From the NCBI GenBank assembly GCA_002633005.1, contig NMRA01000053.1, positions 832,711 through 896,710 of the forward strand: a stretch of 64,000 bases of DNA. Reading direction: 5' to 3'. This document shows positions 1 to 10,500 of the stretch, one piece after another; the stretch's first letter is position 1; every line of letters starts with the position of its first letter. Below the pieces are notes generated by a model. That model saw only the letters and a program-made list of their open reading frames with translations, was not told where the DNA came from and did no database searches. The stretch is from Phoronis australis. Lineage: Eukaryota > Animalia > Phoronida. Position numbers and translations under genes: made by a program.

Positions 1-501
1 AAAATAGGAATTTTTTTAAAAGACTGCAACATCTTTTAACATTATAAGGAGGCCAACAACATGGCAAACAAAGTAAAAGAGTAAAGCTGTAAATTCTCCA
101 TAAAATCCTTTACCAAAAATCGAGAAAAACCATGCAAATACTCAGTGAACAGACATAGGTTAACATTTATATTGTAAGCACAGTAGTGTTGTGCACAAAC
201 AGAGCAGAAATACTTCCAGGCAATCTACCATTGAAATGATTGATGTGACATTTTCACAATTATGTAGCATTTCCAGCACCATGGCCACAGTGTGACACAG
301 TTTCAGACTACAAGTCCTTAGCTCATAACTTCAAGAGAAGAGATTGACAAGTACTACTGACAGTCATATCTATCTCAATTAGTTACCTGCAGTGAAAAGG
401 CCATTATTCGCCGAAACTTCACTTACCTTTCCGACTAGACAACGATATCAAAGTTATCGCTAGCTTGTCGAATGCAATTTTGTTACTCAAAATTTTTTGG
501 A

Positions 502-567
502 CACCGAGTTTCGGACCCTGGTTGCCCGAGTGAGAACTCACAGTCCTAACCACTACACCATGAGACA
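502..567 (-). pseudogene. tRNA-Glu(CTC)-like pseudogene or tRNA-derived SINE head
   Basis: Minus strand reads GTCTCATGGTGTAGTGGTTAGGACTGTGAGTTCTCACTCGGGCAACCAGGGTCCGAAACTCGGTG: A-box TGGTGTAGTGG, CTC in the anticodon-like loop, degenerate B-box GGTCCGAAACTC. The acceptor stem does not pair. Confidence 0.45.
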
Positions 568-1439
568 CTCCTAACAAATTAGCAATTTTAAGGATTATAT
601 ACGATTCCACGGTACACACAGGAGTCACTTGTAATAACATACACTCGAAAAAGATTTTATTCGCTAAGTATACAACTGTATATTTCAAAGCTTAAATAAT
701 TCGACTCCCAAGTACGTATTCTCATTAATAGCAACAAACGCATCGTATGTATACCTCGTTGCCCAATGAAAAGTTGTGCGTTATGAGACTTGTCAGCTGA
801 GTCATGCACGAGTCATGCCAGTTTGCTTCCGTCCTTTTTTCTATATTTTCTCAAATATGCAATCAACAAACCTGCCATAATATACCATCGATTCCATTAT
901 AAACTTTTTTTTTCGCAAATTTCCGGTCTATACTATTATTCTACTCTTCTAGTGGCAAAAATGTCGGGTCTGTACTATTATTCCAGTCTCTACTATTATT
1001 AGAAATCTCGAAAATTTCCGGTCTATACAATTATTGCTGTCCCTACAACTATTCGGAACTCGAGAATTTATCAAGACCCCTATTGACATATCTGCTGTTC
1101 TCCATCAAGACCATTAAAACTTCCATATTTTACTATGACATTTAGTAAAGGTACAAAATTATCCTTTGTTATTCTCTTTTCAGAGTGTAAAGGATACATA
1201 GGGTCCTACAAACAAGTCGAGAATTACCGTCAAGCTTGCACTACAGCAGTGCACTAGCTGTGAAAACTTGTATGCAAAAGAAGAAGCATGCAAAGAATGA
1301 TATTAAGAGATACCCCGCCTGTATTGCCCTACTAACTTTACAAGGCTCTTCATTTACAGTGTAAACAAATCTCACTCATAGTCTTGAACTTCTCAAGTTT
1401 TAGAGAAAACCTACAAGGCATGGTACATACATGTTGCCT

Positions 1440-1940
1440 TTCAACAAAGGCATGTGTTCAAAAAGGTTGAAAGATAACTAAATTATATCATCGGTTCTGT
1501 TTGCAGAACTGTCTCTTCAGAGTTTTTAGTGACATGAATAATATAAAGTATTAACATCAGGCAGATATTAAGCAGTGGGTAGAAGTTAAAGATCTATGTA
1601 CATTTTGTAAACAAGTGCCAGAGGACATTACCCATCTGTATTGGGACTGTGTTTTAAAAACTATGGTAGGTCTTTTTGGATTTCAGATAATGATTAGATC
1701 ACAAACAAAATTAGAAGCTCCACAGAGTTTTCAAATTTAGATATATTTTTGGAAAGATTGGCGGACCAGACATAATTAATCTAATTGTATGCCTAAGAAA
1801 ATTTCCTATTTATCGACGTCTTAAAAACACGATTCCTAATTTGACATGCTTTAAAAGAGAAGTCTTTGAGCATTTCAAAGTTGAATATATTGATTTTACA
1901 ATAATTGAAAATTTGAAGATTTTTAAATAACAGATGGTAT
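1440..1940 (+). mobile_element. Decayed 3' end of an L1/Tx1-type non-LTR retrotransposon ORF2
   Basis: About 1597-1650 translates to CTFCKQVPEDITHLYWDC, a zf-RVT-like CxxC...HxxxxC motif; the surrounding frames are broken. Boundaries approximate. Confidence 0.5.
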
Positions 1941-3815
1941 GGTACTTTTATTTTGAGGCAGTTTATTTTTAGTTGTAAATGACCTCCACCACAAGTGTGT
2001 AAGTGCATATGGGTGTGGGTATGAATGTTTTCTCTTAATTTTCACATCTTTGTGTAAAGTAGCATGTTTATAATAACAAACACAAACTCCAACCAACCAA
2101 AACCCTCACATTGATATGTTATCCTATTGGTGGTAATACTCTATAAACATAACTATCTTCTATCTAAGATATCACAGAAACACTGAAGAATATTGAAGCA
2201 ATAAAGTGTGCACAGACCATTGTTCACTGAATAGTGCCTAGATCACTTGACATTCACAGTGTTCTATGAAAACCACATCAGAAATGTGTTGACTTTCCAG
2301 GAATTTCTACAAATCCCAAATGTAGACCATTAACAATAATTGTAATTTTCCCTGCGACTCCATTGATGACAGCTCATCCCTACTTCCCCTACAAGATAAC
2401 AGGGTCTGAACAGTCAGCCACTGTTCTATATTGCAAATAGCCTCATGAATAATCAAAACATTCATGAACTCAAACACAGTCAATCACATGCCATTGCACA
2501 CTGCTCTTGGACAGGAAAGTATGTCACCAACACAACTGAAAACAATGAAGACCTAAAGTAAAATACTTGTTGACAGTCTAAACAAGGTGACAAACTTGAT
2601 ACCCTGGCCTCCTCATGTTCATTTCATTCCTAGCTTATTGCAGTCCCTGTTGACAAGGTAAATTGATCAAAAAGGGCTCCCTTGATAACTTGAAAGGTCC
2701 CCTAAATTAAAAACATTTGGTCTGGTTGCAGCTAAACAATTAACATTTAGTGACTAGCAGGGTGAATGCTCTCTATACAGAGGCAAATTGTGTTCAATTG
2801 TATTGATGTATCATGCGATGGTTACTGGTTCTAAAGGTAATATTGCGAAATTATTAGAATTAGCCAATAGGCGCAATAAAATTGCGCTAAACACTGACAA
2901 AAACAATTGGCAGCGAGATGCAATAACGTCTATTTTCTCTCGTAAGAGTTCAACAAGTTCTATTCCACTGCAACAAACATTTGCTCCTCAATACCTTCTA
3001 TGTACCGGAAAAATTAGTTAGTCAAAAAACGGCACACATGTCACTAGTGTTAACTTTCTTTCAGTGTTATAAAACAAAGGCGGGGTTTGGTTTTTACATA
3101 TTGAGAAGACGGTTTTTTGAAAACTTAATTTGTTCCTCACTTGTGTAAAATGTGAGTGACTCACTGTATAGAAAACGTGTCAATTTCAAACCACGCGCGG
3201 TCCTTTGTAGCTATAATGGACGCTAGCCTGAACTGTGGGCGCTTAATTGGAAATTCTCAAAAGTTGAGGGGGAACACTTAAATAGAGCAGTGAGCGCTTA
3301 TTATGAAACACTTCAAAGGTAGGGAGTAGGTGTATGTGTGAGCATAGTGGTTAACCTGAGTAATTGTGGTAATAAGACATTGAAAGACTGCAATAGTAAG
3401 AAATTTTATTATTACACAACATCTTACATGAAAAAAGTTTGGTAAGTTGATCGTTTAAGAATTAGTAGAAACACCGCTGTTTTGTGATGTTTTATCATGT
3501 GTTGTGCCTTGGTCCGAAAATTTCGATTCTGCATTATCTCATGTTCACGTGACGTGCTTACAAGTCATTGGGAGGCTGTTCTCGGTTAGTGTTCTTTCAA
3601 ACTTGATTTGGCAACAACTAAATTAAAAGTCGGAATCACACGAGTTACGCTTTATATTTGCCAGGCATCTGCCAAGAAGTGTAAAAACTCAGCTCGCATA
3701 TGTTGGAAGTTCCAGGTCACATTTTGCGACTTAATACGAGCTGATAAAAATCACATCTTGCAGTTCCAAATTTAAGGTCGCAAATACAACCTGCAGCTTG
3801 TTATTTCAGGCCCTG

Positions 3816-4330
3816 CTTCACCAAACTTGGAACATGTTGAGGCATGCAGAAAAGGTATAACTGCCACTAGGGGGCATACCAGTCTTCAGATATGTGCAAT
3901 ATTCAATGTCAGCCATTTTCTTGCCAATATGAATTCATTTAACTTTAATTTTATAGTGATCCTTCAAAGCAATTGGCAAATAAAAAACAAACGCTAAAAA
4001 TGACACTAAAAGTGTCAGCGGACCAATAAGCACCTCAGCACAAATATGAGACATCGTGCTTTTAATAAGAACACATCTGTCAATTTCCGTTACTATGCAA
4101 CAAGTCACTTGGTAGACACAGAGGTAAATGCAAAAACCTAAAATTGTCCCCAGGTGGCACAGCAGCAGTTGGGTACATCAAAACGTCAATCTCCATTGCC
4201 AGCTTCATGAGCACACAAATGTCAAATCTCATTAAGATCGTGAAAAGGGTTTAGGAAATACGGCAACAGATGGACAGAGATGACAGCTACATGCACCTAA
4301 GCACACATGCACACACGCTTGCACACTCAC
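3816..4330 (-). mobile_element. Degenerate Helentron-associated (HINE/DINE-1-like) repeat fragment
   Basis: Reverse-orientation similarity to the 61305-64000 family (CCAAACTTGG, TGCCACTAGGGGGCA, ACAGATGGACAGA). Boundaries approximate. Confidence 0.4.
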
Positions 4331-5402
4331 CCAGTTAATAATAATAATAACTATAACTGATAATAACAAGATTACAATACCTACAAGTCTATTTGCAAGT
4401 ATGGATTACAAAAATACATGAAAATCAATAAAAAAAATAAAAATGCTGCTGAGCATAAACCAAGCACGTGTCAATATCAGGGTTTGGTTCCTCAATCTCG
4501 ACTGGAGGATATCACAATGGACAAACATTGCACACCTGAGATTACTCCTTTGGAGTAAACAATTACAGGAACAAAATTACAACAACTGAAGGCCACCGTA
4601 CATAGCGCAACGACACAGAAACAAAATGGAACTGTGTGCTGCTTCATGACAAAATGGCAAGTTGTCAGGAGGTACCAAACATTTTATTTGTCCAAAAAAT
4701 CTCTTGTTTCGACTCGTCATATCGTGTGCAATTGATGACGATTAGTTGTCATAACCGAGGTCAAAATGAAAAAAATATGAATCTCCGATATGACAGAAAA
4801 TGAAAGTTTGAGGGTGGCAGGAAATCACGCTCTATTCTGCAAGAAAATCCTAATCCATAAAGTTGATTCTTTTGATACATTAACTGTAAACGAAGCCACA
4901 CCGAGGCATATCACTCAAGAGGAAAAATAGTATCGAGTACACAGATAAGGGTCAATCTGGCAATCTCCTGGTAGTCAATGCGAACTCAGATTTTATTTGA
5001 CGACCTGGTAATAATTTCCTGGTCTGCAAGAAGTCCACACGTACATTCAAGAAAACACATAAAATACGATACAAAAAAATTCAAAACAGAAGTCAGAACC
5101 AAGCAAGCAAGATACACCAAATTTTCCATTTTGATAAAATACCGCAGTTCGGGCGATCTCGCGTACATCGGCACACATTCACTGAGTTTGCATGTTCTTT
5201 GCCTCAAGTATCTCGTTTACTTGATATTTCAGCTCTTGCCATTTGTAGGGACAAGGACTTTCACAAACCTAAGTTTCTATTTGGTGACCTGGGAATTTCG
5301 CCAGGTCGCATTCATCGAGCTAACATTATGGTAAGTGTCAAGTCCTAACTGTTAGAAGTAAGAGCGTCTGGAGACACAACTGATTCAGAAGTAAGTACTA
5401 AC

Positions 5403-5590
5403 TTGAGCAATGTTTTCATGGCATGTCTGCCAGCGTAGTGAAGTGGAGTGTCATGGCCATGCGAATCCCCATAGGACAAATTCGGGTCGAGGCCCTTTCT
5501 CAGGTCGCTGCTGTTCTGGTACAGTTGTAGTGCTGCGTACTCATCCCCATTCTGTAGGTGCTTACGAAACTTTGACGAGGCACTGCCCAT
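5403..5590 (-). CDS. ANKIB1: Ankyrin repeat and IBR domain-containing protein 1 (RBR E3 ligase), first coding exon; the rest of the gene lies beyond the left edge
   Basis: MGSASSKFRKHLQNGDEYAALQLYQNSSDLRKGLDPNLSYGDSHGHDTPLHYAGRHAMKTLL resembles the ANKIB1 N-terminus (MG start, first ankyrin repeat TPLHYA). Acceptor AG at 5640-5639 follows a pyrimidine tract, so the exon starts at 5638; donor GTTAGT at 5402; 188 coding nt. Confidence 0.85.
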
Positions 5591-5969
5591 GTTAGCAGGT
5601 TGGGTTACTGCCAGGTGCTGTCACCAGAGTGTAGAGGGCTAAAGAAAAGCAAAAGAGAACAAAGTGATAAAGCCAAGTAAGCTATATATTTGTTTACCTT
5701 ATGCTAAATGCTAAACTCAAAATATTCGCATGCTTTATCCAATGTGCGTGATGCCTGCGTAAAATTAGGCCTACGGCGCCTTGTTCGTTACCGGCCTAGG
5801 TTTGTCTAGGTGACGAATTACCTCGTCTGAATTTTTTCATATCGGGCACCATTTCCGATGCTTACTTGAGCTCAGTAGACCAAGTTTTTTGAGTGTTTGG
5901 CGAAAACGGGTAAAACTTCGAGACATTGCCACGTCTTCAGGCAGATCACGTAATTTTGCAAACTTTTCT

Positions 5970-6125
5970 CCTGGGTTGACCCAGATTTGAATTGACCAAT
6001 TAATCAAAGCCCCCTCTCGTTGTAACTGCACGCATAGAGCATATGATTTTGATAGATTTATATCCTGGGTCAACCCAGATTTGAATTGAGCAATTATTCA
6101 CACTGCCCTCTCGTAATTGCAAACG
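5970..6125. repeat. Imperfect tandem duplication of about 94 bp
   Basis: CCTGGGTTGACCCAGATTTGAATTGACCAATT... recurs as CCTGGGTCAACCCAGATTTGAATTGAGCAATT... Confidence 0.7.
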
Positions 6126-6202
6126 ATTTGTATTTACCGGGAATGAATCATCCGTGTTTTTGATCCAGGAAACACAGTCCCATTCACTGATTTGAAACAG
6201 CA

Positions 6203-6609
6203 CTTACTGATACTGTAAGTGGACTGCCATTCGAGTTTCATAAAGCTGCGTGGTATGACATTTTGTACTGCACTAATATATGTGAAAACATCTGAGTTTT
6301 TAGCAATGCTCTCGTAAATTCATCCTTTCAAAGTCAAAATCCAGTTTCTGTTTGAGCCGTGGGAAACTTTGTGGTTGTCTGGTTCCGCTGATTGACTGCA
6401 CTTACAAGTTCCCTGCTTAAATGAACACCCCATGCACTTGCCCAGTTCGGCTAAAACTTGGACGTAAGCGCCCACTGCTTGGGCAATCGCCCACCCCCAG
6501 TTTTTTGCCAATTTTCGGTTTAAGCGCCCACTGCTTGGGTAATCGCACACCCCCGTCTCAGGGTTTCCCAATTTAAGCACCAAGGGTGTTAACTCATGAG
6601 TTTACAGTA
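6203..6609 (+). mobile_element. Dispersed non-autonomous DNA-element family, copy 1 (copy 2 at about 60196-61055)
   Basis: Colinear similarity to 60196-60289 plus 60745-61055; internal repeats AAGCGCCCACTGCTTGGGYAATCGC. Confidence 0.7.
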
Positions 6610-7581
6610 CGCAAAATGAAATTAGGGGATGATAAGTATTTACAGATAAAATAAATAAACAAGTGGAATCGTTAAATTCTTCCAAATCAAACAAATACTA
6701 ACTCAATCACCCTTTTTCGAAGTTGTTTTTCGTTCCAACAACAAATCATGAACTGAGCTATTTCTGTTTTGATTGCATCAGTGCGCATGTTTATAGCATG
6801 AAAATGGTTTAATTGCATCAAGGTTGACCTCTATGACCTCAGGAGTGGCCTAATCACTAATGTACTACGCTTGTGATCTGCCATTGTTCGCTAGTGCTCA
6901 AAAGTTGACAGCCAGGGTCTCACCTCTCGTTTTTGGACAAATTGGAATTGTTGACAAATGAAGCAACATTTGCTTGAGTTGGAATGATTAAAGACATGTA
7001 TGGCCACAATGATGTCCTCTGTTTGAAAGGTACGAACAACATCATGACTTTAATGTTTGAGCCAATGTGAGACTAATTTGCCAAAATTTCCGGCTGCTCC
7101 TGTAGGATGGCCAACGTCTGAGCCTGAGCTAATAATTACCACGGTAATCTAATCCATTCAATGACTTGCATGCATAGGCAATAATTGGTCAAGTTTGCTT
7201 CGCCACAAAGAATTAAAATTCATTCAACCAGAAAGTAAAGAGCAGAGTAATTGCTTATTTGTCTTACCGAGGTGTGAAGTAAATAAAAAGTATACCTGAT
7301 TTTTTTCTGCATGGGACCAAACAGATGGTGTATGAAAACGAAAAACTAAGCCAACAATAATCCTTGTTCACTGTTTTGAGTCCATTGCGAATTGCCTTCT
7401 GGGTAAGGTGAAGTTGACTGCTAATGTTTTGCAATGTTAGGCATATTAAATAAACTGATGTATTTGATTGTGAATTTTAATTATATAATAAATGTGATTT
7501 TTTGTTTTAAAAAGGAAAAACAACGTCTCTTAAAAAATATTTGCAGTTCTCATAATGTGCACGAGAGCTTGCCATTTAAAG

Positions 7582-10500
7582 ATGTCTGCGCCCATGAAGT
7601 CGATTGAAATTTTATCAGACGTCAGTAAAGACCAGTTTCTGTCCGATGTATATCCTAGGGTAGGTAAAATTCAGGTTCACAGCAAGAGTTTGCAAACACA
7701 CTGGTAATTGTTTACAATATGACGACATTGACTTTGTTGTGAAAGTGCTTCCGGGGAATCATGAGTCTCTGTTAGCCACTCAATAACGCCTAAAAAAGGC
7801 CCTAACGGGCAATTGCCTATTAGCTGAATGGTTAGCATGCTCGCCGGTTAAATCGGGGTCGCTGGTTCGATTCCCGAGGTCGGGCAATCTCAGCTATTAC
7901 AACATTTGTATTACATACACAACAGCGTAGTTGGTAAAAAGATGTTGTGAAAGTGCTTCCGGTGAATCATATATGACATATGAGCCTCTGTTAACCACTC
8001 GCTAACGGGCAATTGCCTATTAGCTGAATGGTTAGCACGCTTGCCGGTTTTATGGGGGTCGCTGGTTCGATTCTCGAGGTCGGGTAATCTCGGCTATTAC
8101 TACACAGATGATATATCGATGAAGCACTTCAAAGACCCTGGGGCCTGAGACAACACGCTTGATGGTAGGGTACAGGCATAGTGTAAGGTACATGTGCAGA
8201 CATGATGTAAGGTGCATGTACAGGTATAATGTAAGGTGCATGTACAGGCAGGGTGTAAGGTACGTGTGCAGGCATAATTAATGTAAGGTGCATGTACAGG
8301 CATGATGTAAGGTGCATGTACAAGCATAATGTAAGGTGCTTGTACAGGCATAATGTAAGGTACACTTGGCTGGTGGCACGCTCGTTGATAGGAAAGGGGG
8401 AATGTTGTGAAAATGCTTCTGTTGAATCATATATGAGCCTCTGTTAGCTACTCGCTAATGGGCAATTGCCTATTATCTGAATGGATGGCACGCTCGGTTA
8501 AATTGGGGTCACTGGTTCGATTCCAGAGGTCGGGCATACTCGGCTATTACCACATGACTTTGGTATCATTCGATTTGTCGTAATGTTATCTTTCTAAACA
8601 TATATGAATGTATCCCCTACCACATTTTCTCCGTATTTTATCGTTGAATTTCGGTTCGCACTATTTTTCTGGTTGCCATCACCATGTTAGCTCAACTCAA
8701 GATTACAGCGACACCTGTTGTTAATGAATGAAACAGCATCATCGATTCCGAATGGTTTGCCCGCATGAGATTCCCATTGAAGTTTTCCTGGCATAATATG
8801 GAGGAACAAGTAGCAGCATTTCACCTTTTCTAATGTTTTATAATTGTAACGATTCTACCATTTTTTCACGAAATTGTTTGAAGTGATACCGTTTTCACCA
8901 ATTGGACCTCAAAAACAACCTCCGCTTTTTGCGGATTCTTGCCAGCAGCTAGATGGGTACCGGGGTCACCATAGGATCGAATTCGAACCCTTGGGAATGT
9001 AACTCGGGCAGGGGATAGACGGGTCTCGGTCAATTTGACCTTATGAAAGCCGATGATCTGCAGAAGTTAGTAGATTGGTTTTGGTTTTTGACTGCCAGGT
9101 GGCTCCTTCTATTCAACGTGTCGGTATTACTGCCGCGTACCGGGAAATAGTGCGAGCAGAAATTTCATAATAAAATGCTAAGGGAACGGGGTATGAAAAA
9201 TTTCTGTGTATTTTTAGAAAGATAACGTTGCAAGAAATTGAACGATACCAAAATCATATTAATTTTGTAAGTCAATGTCGTCAGACTGTAAACAATTACC
9301 AACACACTCTTTCACAGTTGAGTTCCACTCCACAGGAAAGACATGCACATTCACTTGGCGAGTGGCCTTTTCTGAGCAATTACAATGCCCTAGCCTAGCT
9401 AGCCGTCTAGGGTGTAGTGCCGCAGGTACACAGTAGACACTAGGCTACACCTAGCCCCTCGACTAGCTGATGCGTGCAGCATTCAAGCCGATGTAATTGC
9501 CTAAGTAGACGCATAACCCATCTCTAGTGTTTGCAGGCATACAGGGGCGAAAGCGAGGGTAGTGTTGTTAAAACACAGCTACTCAACTCAAGCTTGAATA
9601 AAACCCAATCGAGGTGCTCATCCCAGATGGCCTGGTTGTATGCTGAAAGACTGCCAGCAGCCTCCCGCCAGCAGTATAAATAAAAGAAAGATCCAGGAGC
9701 CATAAAATTGACAAATCGCAAGACACCACAGAAAGATCAAGGACGAATGATGTTGATGATTACAACATTCCCATCCTCCCTAAAAAGGGTGGGACTCATC
9801 TGGGAATCAACATCATTCGCTAAATACGAAAAACGTCCCAAAAATTTAACCATATCCCCCCTTACCCAAAACAAAGCCACTACTAAGTAGGCCAAGAGTG
9901 TTAGAATGACAAAGACAGTTCCTCTGGAAGCAGAGAATAACACACAAGTTAAATACAGAAGTAGCTGGAAATAATAAAAAGAATTCAGAATGCCAGCACA
10001 TCCCAAACTCGTGAAGCAAATCAGAAACAGGAAACCTAGCCGGATCCTAACCCACCTCCCAGGGCGGGAGAGCAGTCACCGAACGGAAAAAGTTAATTTC
10101 CAGCTAGGCAGACTTGTAGCTGCAAAAGGGTATAAAACGGGTGTGTTTCTTGTGGAGTTCTCAAAAATAAACCCTGCACTACAATGATACATGCATGCTA
10201 TCCACATAGCCACTAGAACAATACATTTTTACGTCCTTCAGGTGGAGGCAGACAGACAAATTCCAACTCAAAGGGAACGCCTTGGTCACAGACCTAAAAT
10301 GGATACGTTCCCAGAGAAATGTGACTCCGTCCACTAAACGTAGGCCCCAACAGACCAAGAAACCACTTGGCCACTGTACCAGCCACCCGCTAGCACGGTA
10401 CCACTCCCCTATCCAACCTTCCACCAGGACCTACAGAAAATGCCTTGGTCAGGCAAAGGTTTTCAAGAAAAGTGGTTGAATACTCCTAGAAAAACCTAAC

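Larger units (their letters stand above)
7703..9300. mobile_element. MITE with long TIRs (GGTAATTGTTTACA...TGTAAACAATTACC) and 8-bp TSD AACACACT, Merlin-like; carries a nested retroelement
   Basis: TSD at 7695-7702 and 9301-9308. A second family copy at 53811-54482 has its own 8-bp TSD. GG termini with an 8-bp TSD fit the Merlin superfamily (inference). Confidence 0.8.

Noticed and set aside
7808-7886. Functional tRNA genes in the three repeats
   Set aside because: Acceptor, anticodon and T stems are imperfect, the copies diverge, and they sit inside LTR-like units.
8050-8365. Repetitive ORFs ([16 protein letters not shown])
   Set aside because: Translations of the 24-bp minisatellite.
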